Position numbers and translations under genes: made by a program. A stretch of DNA of 64,000 nt. Source: Bacteroidota bacterium (GTDB taxonomy: Bacteria > Bacteroidota > Bacteroidia > Chitinophagales > Chitinophagaceae). The stretch spans positions 2,663 through 66,662 of the forward strand of contig CANJPH010000011.1 in assembly GCA_947476145.1 (NCBI GenBank), written 5' to 3'. Each line of letters opens with the position of its first letter. Position 1 is the first letter of the stretch. The notes beneath the pieces are model-generated. The model was not told where the DNA came from and did not search any database. It was given only the letters and a program-made list of their open reading frames with translations. This document shows positions 17,620 to 27,077 of this stretch, piece after piece.

Positions 17620-19617
17620 CTAGTTAATGAAATTCCACCATATCCCTACCCTAAACCACATCCCAGTTGAGGGGTAGTTTTGAGTCGTAAAATTTAAGGA
17701 CTTGCCAAATGTTTTGTTGGTAGGCAACAAGGTATTTAAGTTTTCTAAGCGTATATACCCTTTAAAACGCTTAATCATAAAGTGTAAAAAAGCGTTGGCA
17801 GTAGGCCTATTTTGAGTGGTATAATTATTCTGGTAATAAAACTGACTGGTAAATGGCATATACCCATCCACCTTGTAATTGGTATGGTAAATCAATTCAA
17901 GGCCTGTAGAAAGCTCCAAATTTTTATAAAAATTGCCCTCAAAAGCCAGGCGCTGTCTGGTTAGTATTAAAGGTACATGCACCGGCGCATTGGGATCCAA
18001 CAATTGCAAGGTAACCTGATCATACCAGTTCCAATGTTTACTAATTTTTATCTTGTGCTCAACCTGCCCTCTTAAATAACTCATTAAATTCCCATTGACT
18101 ACCGGTTGAAAACCAGTTGTAAAATAGTTATAGTTTTGAATCATCTGATAACTTACTGCAGCTTCCCAACCTAATTTTTTATTGGCAAGTACTCCATTTA
18201 AAATAGTAGCATTTTCTTTGTTGATGGAATTGAGCCCTTTAATAGGGAATTGGGTATAGCCTAAAATATTTAAAGACGGGGTTCTATTCACATTTTGAAA
18301 GGAAACTTTTAGATAAGTGCCTTTTGACGTTAAGGTTCTGGACAGAGAAGACTGCACATCATAGTCTCCTGCATGAAATCCATTTAAATATAATTTACCC
18401 GAAGCCAACAAATCCCATAATTGGTTTTTTGTTTTATTCTTATATACAGCAAACCCATATATGTCATAATTATTCCAACCTGTTTTACCCGGATAACTAA
18501 TTGTCATTTGAGTATAGCCCGAACCTAGTTGCAAAAACTGATTGCTATTAAATTTATCCGGATAGCTAATTAAACTAAACTCGTTGGTAAGCACTTTCCA
18601 AGTATCACTATATTTAATGGTGTCATTATTTGGAATGACAGTCCCAAAATATTGTAAATAATTTTGGGGTGACGGATTAATGTCTCCAAAAACATACTCA
18701 TTGCTTAATAGCTTTATCTCATTTTGTATACGTAGTCTTGGATAAAATAAATGCGTGACAACCGTATCCTTTACAATTGAATCCTTTTGACCAAAGTCAT
18801 ATGAATTTTTCCAAACGACTGTATTTTGTTTATAACTGGTCCCTGTTGAAATTTTAGTATTAAACGGATTTCTAAATGAGGCGCCGCTTACCCCAAGTCT
18901 GGTATCCAATTCATGAGGATCATTCAGCGCTAAACTATCTAGCAAATTAATATTCACCAGCCCTCCGTTTTCAGAGGAAGCCGTTTTATTAAACAACATC
19001 ACCAAATAGGATTCATACCTTTTTCTTTTGGATTGATAATGTGCTGTAATGCGCATGTTGTTCACATTTGCATTTTGATTTTTTACATTGCCCGGCGCAT
19101 TATTAAATCTGTATTCAAACGAAAAATTAAGCTGTTGTTTTTTATTTTGCGTATGTTTTACTTCTACCATCTGTTCCCCTTTTCCACCCAGCAAATAAGC
19201 AAATTCGGTAAAGGGCCTTGTGGTTTGATAAAAAGGAGTCTCCTCTAAAGTATACAAATAAGGATCAAAAGAATGGAAACCTGCATCATAACCGGCCACT
19301 CGTTTGGCATTAAACAAATAGGACTTGGTTGCGGTACCTAAATTACCTAAATTAAAAGAAGTATAGGGGACAGGATAATGAACAAAAAAATCATTAATGC
19401 TCGTGTCTAATTTTTGAATCTGATTGTTATTATAGTATTTATAATAAATAGTAATGGAATCTTCATTCTTGTCTCTTCTCTTTAAAGAATCGGGGGTTTG
19501 ATTGTTGGAAATTCTTTGTCCCCCATTCATACTAGGCCCAAATCCCTGTGCATGCATTTCTACTTGAAAAAGCATTGTCAATATCATCACTAATAAAAAG
19601 GACCTGTATTGAAACAT
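17620..19617 (-). CDS. Bacteroidota putative porin (outer membrane beta-barrel)
   Basis: Signal peptide; DTSINDF, NLGNLGT, TPFYQTTRPFTE; C-terminal FRVGIWWNF. Confidence 0.75.
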   Translation of the reverse strand: MFQYRSFLLVMILTMLFQVEMHAQGFGPSMNGGQRISNNQTPDSLKRRDKNEDSITIYYKYYNNNQIQKLDTSINDFFVHYPVPYTSFNLGNLGTATKSYLFNAKRVAGYDAGFHSFDPYLYTLEETPFYQTTRPFTEFAYLLGGKGEQMVEVKHTQNKKQQLNFSFEYRFNNAPGNVKNQNANVNNMRITAHYQSKRKRYESYLVMLFNKTASSENGGLVNINLLDSLALNDPHELDTRLGVSGASFRNPFNTKISTGTSYKQNTVVWKNSYDFGQKDSIVKDTVVTHLFYPRLRIQNEIKLLSNEYVFGDINPSPQNYLQYFGTVIPNNDTIKYSDTWKVLTNEFSLISYPDKFNSNQFLQLGSGYTQMTISYPGKTGWNNYDIYGFAVYKNKTKNQLWDLLASGKLYLNGFHAGDYDVQSSLSRTLTSKGTYLKVSFQNVNRTPSLNILGYTQFPIKGLNSINKENATILNGVLANKKLGWEAAVSYQMIQNYNYFTTGFQPVVNGNLMSYLRGQVEHKIKISKHWNWYDQVTLQLLDPNAPVHVPLILTRQRLAFEGNFYKNLELSTGLELIYHTNYKVDGYMPFTSQFYYQNNYTTQNRPTANAFLHFMIKRFKGYIRLENLNTLLPTNKTFGKSLNFTTQNYPSTGMWFRVGIWWNFIN

Positions 19618-19628
19618 GCATTCAATAA

Positions 19629-20453
19629 TTATGCGATTTCTTTTAATAACTCACTAAAAATTAAAGTGAGCTTAGGTTCAGCAGCATTTGCGGCTTCTAA
19701 AACTTCTTCGTGTGTGATTACATTATTATCCTCGCGAATACCTAAATCGGTTACGACGCTAATGGCAAATACTTTCATTCCACAATGCACCGCTGCAATA
19801 TTTTCTTGAACGGTACTCATTCCCACCACGTCCCCTCCAACCGCTTTAATTAATTTATATTCTGCCCTTGTTTCAAAGGTTGGGCCTGTTACCCCCACAT
19901 ACACACCCTCGTGTAACTTAATATTATTTGCACTTGCAATGGCTTTCGCTTTTTGAATAAAAATATCCGCATAAGGCTCACTCATATCTGGGAAACGCGT
20001 TCCTAAATCTGCTTCATTTTTTCCAATTAATGGATTAATGGTGAACATACTAATATGATCTCTTAGAATCATTAAATCACCAACTGCATAATCGGGGTTT
20101 ACGCCGCCTGCCGCATTGGATAATAATAAATTTTCTACCCCTAATAATTTTAATACGCGAACTGGATAAGCCACTTGTTCTGGCGCATAGCCTTCGTAAA
20201 AATGAAAACGACCTTCCATTACCCACACTTTTTTTCCATTCAATTTTCCTAGAATCAACCGGCCTTTATGCCCCTCTACCGTACTCACTGGAAAATGTGG
20301 AATTTCTTTATAAGAGATTTCAAAATCCACTTCAATCTTAGTGGCTAAATTACCCAACCCACTCCCTAAAATAATAGCAGTGGAAGCAGTCTCACTCACC
20401 TTAGATTTTATAAAATTAGCTGTCTCGTGTAACTGTGTCATTAATTGCGTCAT
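19629..20453 (-). CDS. punA: Purine-nucleoside phosphorylase (trimeric type)
   Basis: IILGSGLG, GRFHFYEG, GPTFET, GMSTVQE, THEEV. Confidence 0.93.
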   Translation of the reverse strand: MTQLMTQLHETANFIKSKVSETASTAIILGSGLGNLATKIEVDFEISYKEIPHFPVSTVEGHKGRLILGKLNGKKVWVMEGRFHFYEGYAPEQVAYPVRVLKLLGVENLLLSNAAGGVNPDYAVGDLMILRDHISMFTINPLIGKNEADLGTRFPDMSEPYADIFIQKAKAIASANNIKLHEGVYVGVTGPTFETRAEYKLIKAVGGDVVGMSTVQENIAAVHCGMKVFAISVVTDLGIREDNNVITHEEVLEAANAAEPKLTLIFSELLKEIA

Positions 20454-20509
20454 AAAGCCCTATAATTTGGACACAAATATAGCAACCAAAGCGCATTAAA
20501 TAGGGAAAA

Positions 20510-21769
20510 CTACCCTTTAGGTTCACGCGGATGCACAATAGGATCGTTTTTTAACACGAAATATGCAATGATCGAACTAATCAGCATAAAAATGGCTCCC
20601 GCTAAAAAAGCAGCCCCAGGAAAATAAATATCAAGGGCATTGTTTTTCCTTGAAAAATAGGTAGTTAACCATATCATTAAAGGTGGCCCAAATATGGCCG
20701 TTAAACTTTGTAATCCAGTGAGTGATCCTTGTAATTCTCCTTGTTCATTCTTAGCCACATGAATAGATATCAGGGACTGTAATGCTGGGCCAGAAATTCC
20801 CCCTAAACAATAGGGTATTAAAAATACAAACATCATCCAGCTTTGAGACGCGAACGCGAATAAAATTAATCCAATGGCTGATAATAAAATGCCTAAATAA
20901 ACACTTTTTTCATTTCCTATTCTTGGATTAATATACCTTATTAAAACTCCTTGCACCAGGCCAACCAATAAGCCTACCACACCAAGTGAAATGCCAATAG
21001 TCCTAGGGTCCCAACCAAATTTGCTCATATTCGCTAAACTCCAGTTGCTTTGGACAGAATGTGCTGCAATATAAATAAAGAACATGGCCACGATTAATCC
21101 GAAAACGGCAGGATACTTATTTAAATTTTTTAAAGCCCCAACAGGGTTCGCTTTTCTTATATTAAATTTTCTTCGGTGCTCGATACTCAAGGATTCAGGC
21201 AAAATAAAGTAACCATACAATGCATTCACCAGTGCTAAGAAAGCGGCCATGAAAAAAGGAATACGCAAACCTATCTGTCCTAATAATCCTCCTATCAAAG
21301 GCCCAATTATAAATCCAATCCCAAAAGCAGCACCAATCATACCAAAATTTTTCGCTCTATTCTTCTCATCACTAATGTCTGCCATATAAGCGGCGGCTGT
21401 TGGAATACTTGCTCCTGTAATGCCCGCAAACATCCTTCCCACAAACAACCATCCCACCGACGGAGCCAGTGCTAAAAAAATATAATCTATTCCAAATCCC
21501 AATAAGGATAATAGTAAAATAGGACGTCGACCATATTGATCACTTAAACTACCAAATATGGGTGCGAATATAAATTGCATGACCGCATAAATAGAAGTTA
21601 GATATAATAATGGCTGCTCAATCGCTTCTACATTTTTCCTATCCGTAATATGGTAAAAATCTTGTAATAATTGTGGCACCACTGGAATGATAATACCAAA
21701 GCCAATTACATCAATCAATATTGTAATAAAAATAAAGCCTACCGCTGCTTGTCTATTATTTTTTACCAT
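20510..21769 (-). CDS. TCR/Tet-family MFS transporter
   Basis: DVIGFGIIIPV, GSLSDQYGRRP motif A, GMIGAAFGIGFIIGP, FILPESL. Confidence 0.88.
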   Translation of the reverse strand: MVKNNRQAAVGFIFITILIDVIGFGIIIPVVPQLLQDFYHITDRKNVEAIEQPLLYLTSIYAVMQFIFAPIFGSLSDQYGRRPILLLSLLGFGIDYIFLALAPSVGWLFVGRMFAGITGASIPTAAAYMADISDEKNRAKNFGMIGAAFGIGFIIGPLIGGLLGQIGLRIPFFMAAFLALVNALYGYFILPESLSIEHRRKFNIRKANPVGALKNLNKYPAVFGLIVAMFFIYIAAHSVQSNWSLANMSKFGWDPRTIGISLGVVGLLVGLVQGVLIRYINPRIGNEKSVYLGILLSAIGLILFAFASQSWMMFVFLIPYCLGGISGPALQSLISIHVAKNEQGELQGSLTGLQSLTAIFGPPLMIWLTTYFSRKNNALDIYFPGAAFLAGAIFMLISSIIAYFVLKNDPIVHPREPKG

Positions 21770-21792
21770 AGTGCGGCGAAGATACTAAAAAA

Positions 21793-24396
21793 CTAGACTT
21801 CATTCCTAAAGACAATCACCCCGTCAAAAATGTCAATAAGTACTTTTTTAGCCTTGTCAATTTCACCACTTAGTATTTTCTTACTTAATTCATTTACCAC
21901 CATCTTTTGAATTAATCGTTTTAAAGGCCTTGCCCCAAATTGCATATCAAACCCTTGTTCTGATAAATATTCTACTAAGTAATCGCTAAACTCGATTTGC
22001 ATTCCATTTTCAGCTACCAATTGTTTTAAATGATTCAATTGGATTTTCACAATGGCACCCATTTGTTTTTGCAATAATGGAGAAAACATGATAATTTCAT
22101 CTACCCTGTTTAAAAACTCGGGGCGAATGGTTTGTTTTAATAAAGCCATCACTTCAGTTTTAGATTGCTCCACTTTAGACTGCAGATTTTTATCTGTAAC
22201 GCCTTCGAAGGTTTCTTGAATAATATGACTACCAATATTCGAAGTCATAATAATGATGGTGTTTTTAAAGTTCACCGTTCTTCCTTTATTATCCGTTAAA
22301 TGACCATCGTCTAATACTTGCAATAAAATATTCCAAACATCAGGATGCGCTTTTTCAATTTCATCTAACAATACCACACTATAGGGTTTGCGGCGCACTG
22401 CTTCTGTTAATTGTCCGCCCTCATCATACCCTACATAACCAGGAGGCGCACCCACTAATCTAGAAACAGAATGCTTTTCTTGGTATTCACTCATATCAAT
22501 GCGCGTCATCATAGAATCATCATCAAATAAATATTCAGCCAAGGCTTTCGCCAATTCTGTTTTACCCACCCCTGTTGTTCCTAAGAAAATAAAGGAGCCA
22601 ATAGGTTTTTTAGGATCCTGTAAACCAGCCCTGCTTCTTCGTATTGCATCCGATACGGCAGTAATGGCTTCCTCTTGGCCAATAACACGTTTATGCAATT
22701 CGTCTTCCAATTGCAATAATTTTTCTCTTTCAGATTGCATCATTTTGCTCACCGGAATACCTGTTGCTTTGGCTACATTTTCTGCAATGTCTTCCGCATC
22801 CACTTCTTCTTTCATTAATCTTTTACCATTGGTGCCCAATTCAATTAATTGAACTGTAAATTGCTCCAAGTTTGATTCCTGTTCTTTTACTTTACCATAT
22901 CTTATTTCTGCCACTTTCCCATAGTCCCCATTTCTTTCTGCTACTTCTGCTTCTTGTTTCAATTTTTCAATTTCAGACTTTGCTTTTTGCACTTTGTCAA
23001 CCATTTCTTTTTCTTCGGTCCACTTTGCTTTTAAGGTATCTTGCTGCACCGTTAAATTACTAATTTCAATATTCAAGGTCTTTAATTGCTCCGGATTATT
23101 CTCTCTTTTAATGGCTTCTCTTTCAATTTCCAATTGTCGTATTTGACGCATTAATGTATCTAATTCAGCGGGCATCGAATTCATTTCCAAGCGAAGCTTA
23201 GCGGCACTCTCGTCAATTAAATCAATGGCCTTGTCTGGTAAAAAACGATCGGTGATATACCTGCTTGACAATTCTACTGCAGCAATAATAGCTTCATCCT
23301 TAATACGCACATGATGATGTGTTTCATAGCGTTCTTTTAACCCTCTTAATATAGAGACTGCATCATCTTTAGTAGGTTCATCAATCATTACTTTTTGAAA
23401 ACGACGCTCTAATGCTTTATCTTTTTCAAAAAACTTTTGATATTCTGCTAAAGTGGTTGCTCCAATGGCCCTTAACTCACCCCTTGCCAATGCAGGTTTT
23501 AAAATATTAGCCGCATCCATGGCGCCCTCGCCTCCACCAGCACCTACCAAAGTATGTATCTCATCTATAAATAAAATTACTTCTCCGTCACTATCTGCCA
23601 CTTCTTTCACTACACCTTTTAAACGCTCTTCAAATTCACCCTTATATTTTGCGCCTGCAATTAATTGACCCATATCCAGGGCATAAATAATTTTACTCTT
23701 TAAATTATCGGGCACGTCTCCATTCACAATACGCATAGCCAATCCTTCGGCAATAGCGGTTTTACCCACACCCGGCTCGCCCACTAAAATGGGATTGTTT
23801 TTACTACGACGAGAAAGAATGTGTAGGGTCCTTCTAATTTCTTCGTCGCGACCAATTACTGGATCTAACTTTCCTTTGTTGGCTAGCTCATTTAAATTTT
23901 TTGCAAACTTTGATAAGGATTGAAACTGCGTTTCCTGTGTTGCAGAATTTACGGTTTCTCCTTTTCGTAATTCTTTAATAGCCGTGGTTAACCCTTTTTC
24001 TGTAAGTCCGGCATCTTTTAATATTTTACCAGCCACATCATTTACTTGTAATAAAGCAATCATCAAATGCTCAACGGTTACAAATTCATCTCCAAATATT
24101 TTAAGTGCTGCGTTGGACTTTAACATCACAGCATTTAAGTCTCTACTTACATTAGAAGCTGGCTCCCCCGATTGTTGCTTTGCTAAGGAGTGGATCGCAT
24201 CTTCTGTTTTTTGAAGGACCACACCTGGATTTACATTATTCTTTTTTAATAAATATTCGGTGGAGCTATCCTTGTCCAATAAAATGGCTTTTAACAAATG
24301 AGTCGTTTCAATGGATACATTACTATTATTATATGCCAACTGTTGTGCTGCCTGAATGGCTTCCTGTGCCTTAATAGTATATTGATTTAAATTCAT
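21793..24396 (-). CDS. clpB: ATP-dependent chaperone ClpB
   Basis: Two AAA+ modules ([16 protein letters not shown]), middle coiled coil, [13 protein letters not shown]. Start ATG 24396 (867 aa); the longer track ORF overlaps divergent queG. Confidence 0.96.
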   Translation of the reverse strand: MNLNQYTIKAQEAIQAAQQLAYNNSNVSIETTHLLKAILLDKDSSTEYLLKKNNVNPGVVLQKTEDAIHSLAKQQSGEPASNVSRDLNAVMLKSNAALKIFGDEFVTVEHLMIALLQVNDVAGKILKDAGLTEKGLTTAIKELRKGETVNSATQETQFQSLSKFAKNLNELANKGKLDPVIGRDEEIRRTLHILSRRSKNNPILVGEPGVGKTAIAEGLAMRIVNGDVPDNLKSKIIYALDMGQLIAGAKYKGEFEERLKGVVKEVADSDGEVILFIDEIHTLVGAGGGEGAMDAANILKPALARGELRAIGATTLAEYQKFFEKDKALERRFQKVMIDEPTKDDAVSILRGLKERYETHHHVRIKDEAIIAAVELSSRYITDRFLPDKAIDLIDESAAKLRLEMNSMPAELDTLMRQIRQLEIEREAIKRENNPEQLKTLNIEISNLTVQQDTLKAKWTEEKEMVDKVQKAKSEIEKLKQEAEVAERNGDYGKVAEIRYGKVKEQESNLEQFTVQLIELGTNGKRLMKEEVDAEDIAENVAKATGIPVSKMMQSEREKLLQLEDELHKRVIGQEEAITAVSDAIRRSRAGLQDPKKPIGSFIFLGTTGVGKTELAKALAEYLFDDDSMMTRIDMSEYQEKHSVSRLVGAPPGYVGYDEGGQLTEAVRRKPYSVVLLDEIEKAHPDVWNILLQVLDDGHLTDNKGRTVNFKNTIIIMTSNIGSHIIQETFEGVTDKNLQSKVEQSKTEVMALLKQTIRPEFLNRVDEIIMFSPLLQKQMGAIVKIQLNHLKQLVAENGMQIEFSDYLVEYLSEQGFDMQFGARPLKRLIQKMVVNELSKKILSGEIDKAKKVLIDIFDGVIVFRNEV

Positions 24397-24423
24397 AGTT
24401 TGTTTGTTTGTAGAAAGGTATGC

Positions 24424-24439
24424 GCAAAACAAGCGCCAA
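24424..24439 (-). promoter_or_regulatory. Sigma54 (RpoN)-type -24/-12 promoter upstream of clpB
   Basis: Sense strand TTGGCGC-TTGTT-TTGC matches TGGCAC-N5-TTGC; 27 nt before ATG. Confidence 0.6.
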
Positions 24440-24527
24440 TCTATGATATAAGTTATAATGTCATATAATTTATATGAAACCGGAATAAAAGTCAGTCCTA
24501 TCAAGGTTTTTCTGCTATTTTTACAGC

Positions 24528-25469
24528 GTGAACGAATTTTCAAATACGGTATTTATAAAGGAGCTTGCACAGCAAATGGGCTTCGATTATTGTGGCATTG
24601 CTAAGGCCAAAGAATTAACCGAGGATGCAAGACGACTTGAGTCCTGGATTAAAAAAGGATATCATGGAGAGATGTCCTATATGGAAAATAATTTTGAGTT
24701 GAGAACCGATCCCAGAAAATTAGTGCCAGGTGCAAAGTCTGTAATTACTTTTTTAAAAAATTACTACCCCTCACAAACGGCTTTGGATGAAGGACTAGCA
24801 CAAGATGCAAAAATTGCAAAGTATGCTTATGGTGAAGACTACCACGAAGTAATCCGTCAGCAATTATTTGAATGCTTGGATACCATGCGTGCTATGATTG
24901 GCCCTATTGAAGGAAGAGGATTTGTAGATTCGGCTCCCGTATTAGAACGATCTTGGGCACAATTATCGGGCGCTGGATGGATTGGTAAAAATGGAAATTT
25001 AATTAGGAATAAATCAGGTTCCTTCTTTTTTATTGCCACCCTTATTATAGACTTGGAGTTGGTTTATGATGACCCTTCTCCTAAAGATTACTGTGGGACC
25101 TGCACCAAATGCATTGATGCCTGCCCCACACAGGCAATCCTCCCTAATAAAAATATTGAAGCCAATCATTGTATTAGTTACTTTACCATTGAATTGAAAA
25201 AGGAAACCATTGAAACAGAAAGGCCATATAAGGACTGGGCTTTTGGATGTGATATATGCCAGGATGTTTGTCCTTGGAATAGTTTTAGTCAAGCACATCA
25301 TGAAAAAAAATTCAAACCGCTAAATGGTTTATTACAAATGCAAGCTGAAGATTGGTTGCAAATAGAAGAAACTACTTTTAAGGCAAGATTTAAAAAATCA
25401 CCCTTACTAAGATCAAAACTAAAAGGAATTCAAAGGAATATTCAATTTTTAAAGGAGCAGGAAAAGTAA
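24528..25469 (+). CDS. queG: tRNA epoxyqueuosine(34) reductase
   Basis: YAYGEDYH, FVDSAPVLER, CGTCTKCIDACPT, FGCDICQDVCPWN; GTG start. Confidence 0.95.
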   Translation: MNEFSNTVFIKELAQQMGFDYCGIAKAKELTEDARRLESWIKKGYHGEMSYMENNFELRTDPRKLVPGAKSVITFLKNYYPSQTALDEGLAQDAKIAKYAYGEDYHEVIRQQLFECLDTMRAMIGPIEGRGFVDSAPVLERSWAQLSGAGWIGKNGNLIRNKSGSFFFIATLIIDLELVYDDPSPKDYCGTCTKCIDACPTQAILPNKNIEANHCISYFTIELKKETIETERPYKDWAFGCDICQDVCPWNSFSQAHHEKKFKPLNGLLQMQAEDWLQIEETTFKARFKKSPLLRSKLKGIQRNIQFLKEQEK

Positions 25470-25474
25470 AAATC

Positions 25475-25969
25475 TTACTTATTGTTTTCTTGTAATAATA
25501 AATCGCGAAGATTGACTAATTCTGATTCCATTTTGTACCCCAATACCTTTTCATTCAATAAGGTTTGGAATTTTTCCCATGGATACCATTTTACATGCTG
25601 CTCAAAGGACCAATGGATTACATAAATGCCTTTTTGCAAAGGGATCCACTCTATTTTAACGATGTAAGGTCTTTGGCCAGAAGCCACCCAATTAAAGGTT
25701 GCAGAATTTTCATTCTTGGAAGCCAAGTGAATGGATTGTGTACTAATCTTCGCCGTATCTCCCGCCCATTCCACTTTGTTTTGTTTAAAATCACTCATCC
25801 ATTTATTCCATTCTTTCAAATTGCTTGTATACTTTTCAATTTGACTTGGCTGGGCACTCAGTTCAATGGCTCTTGATACAATTACCGTTGAGGGAAATAA
25901 CGCAGAAAGCCCTGTAATAAGGGTAGCTAGCACAATTAAGCTTATAATAACTAATTTAACGAATCGCAT
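25475..25969 (-). CDS. SRPBCC/polyketide-cyclase-like family protein with N-terminal TM anchor
   Basis: N-terminal hydrophobic helix, VSRAIEL, WNKW, VKWYPWEKF. Confidence 0.6.
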   Translation of the reverse strand: MRFVKLVIISLIVLATLITGLSALFPSTVIVSRAIELSAQPSQIEKYTSNLKEWNKWMSDFKQNKVEWAGDTAKISTQSIHLASKNENSATFNWVASGQRPYIVKIEWIPLQKGIYVIHWSFEQHVKWYPWEKFQTLLNEKVLGYKMESELVNLRDLLLQENNK

Positions 25970-27073
25970 TTATTCCCATTTAAATATTTTATAAGCAACA
26001 GCATATACCACTACAATCCAAATTAATAATACCGAAATGTCTCCCCAAGAATCCATTAAACTATTTCCTTCAAAAGAAATATCACGCATGGCATTATTAA
26101 AATGAGTTAAAGGTAATATTCTACAAAATGGCTGCATCCAAGCTGGAAAATTATCAATAGAAAAAAAAGTGCCGGCTAATAAAAATTGTGGCAAGGTAAA
26201 TAAATTGGCTAGAGGAGGAATCGTGCTTTCGCTTTTAGCAACGCCACTCACTATGAAGCCAAAGCCCATAAATAAGATAAGGGCAATAAAACTAAGCACC
26301 ATGATACTTAAAAAAGTACTCAACCCATGCACCAGTGTAAATTTAAAAGCAAAGTGCCCAATGCTGATAATTACAACGGCAGTGATTAATTGAAAAGTGA
26401 CCCTGCTTAAGGCTTCTCCTAAAATAATATACAACCTACGAATAGGTGTTGCATAAAAACGTTTTAAAACCAGCTGTTGTCTTAAATTAAAAAACAAAAA
26501 AGCAACGCCGAAAACACCTGCACTTAATAATGAGAATCCCATTTGTCCAGGTAAAATAAAATCAATAGTCCTATAAATTCTTCCAGGCACTTGTTGCACT
26601 GTATTATTAACGGTTGCAATGGTGGGCGCGTCCGGATAGGCATTATTATTGATCTTACCAATCACAGCATTTAAAATGGACTTCACCAATTGAACATTTT
26701 GCGGATTGGCCGCTTCAGAACTAATTAAATGAATTGTAAAAGGTGCATTTGTTTTTCCGGATGGCTGAATACTAATCAAAGCCGTAATGCGTCCTTTAGA
26801 CAGCTCCCCATTTATTTTTGCCGTATCTCCTTGTATGAATTTTAATCCAGGTATTTGACGAATGGTTGCATAAACAGGATTTGATGTATCCGACTTCGGA
26901 TCCATGGCTACATTTACATTAATATTCCCTCCACTACTCAGGAAGCCAAAGACTAATATAAAAATTAAAGGAAAGGCGACACTAAAAACCACCGCAGAAG
27001 GGCTTCTAAAAGTAGATTTTAAACTAGCTTTCGTAATAGAAAGCATGGCTTTCAATTGACTATAAGAATGCAT
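25970..27073 (-). CDS. ABC-2 type transporter permease
   Basis: FFxxAFPLIFILVFG, FILPGQMG, LKRFYATP, LAGTFF, PLTH. Confidence 0.88.
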   Translation of the reverse strand: MHSYSQLKAMLSITKASLKSTFRSPSAVVFSVAFPLIFILVFGFLSSGGNINVNVAMDPKSDTSNPVYATIRQIPGLKFIQGDTAKINGELSKGRITALISIQPSGKTNAPFTIHLISSEAANPQNVQLVKSILNAVIGKINNNAYPDAPTIATVNNTVQQVPGRIYRTIDFILPGQMGFSLLSAGVFGVAFLFFNLRQQLVLKRFYATPIRRLYIILGEALSRVTFQLITAVVIISIGHFAFKFTLVHGLSTFLSIMVLSFIALILFMGFGFIVSGVAKSESTIPPLANLFTLPQFLLAGTFFSIDNFPAWMQPFCRILPLTHFNNAMRDISFEGNSLMDSWGDISVLLIWIVVVYAVAYKIFKWE

Positions 27074-27077
27074 GGTA

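Noticed and set aside
20510-21769. Acquired tetracycline resistance gene
   Set aside because: Family-level similarity only; chromosomal housekeeping context, no tetR and no mobile element.
24397-24543. 49-codon N-terminal extension of clpB in the ORF track
   Set aside because: It overlaps the divergent queG start and the promoter region; ClpB similarity begins at ATG 24396.
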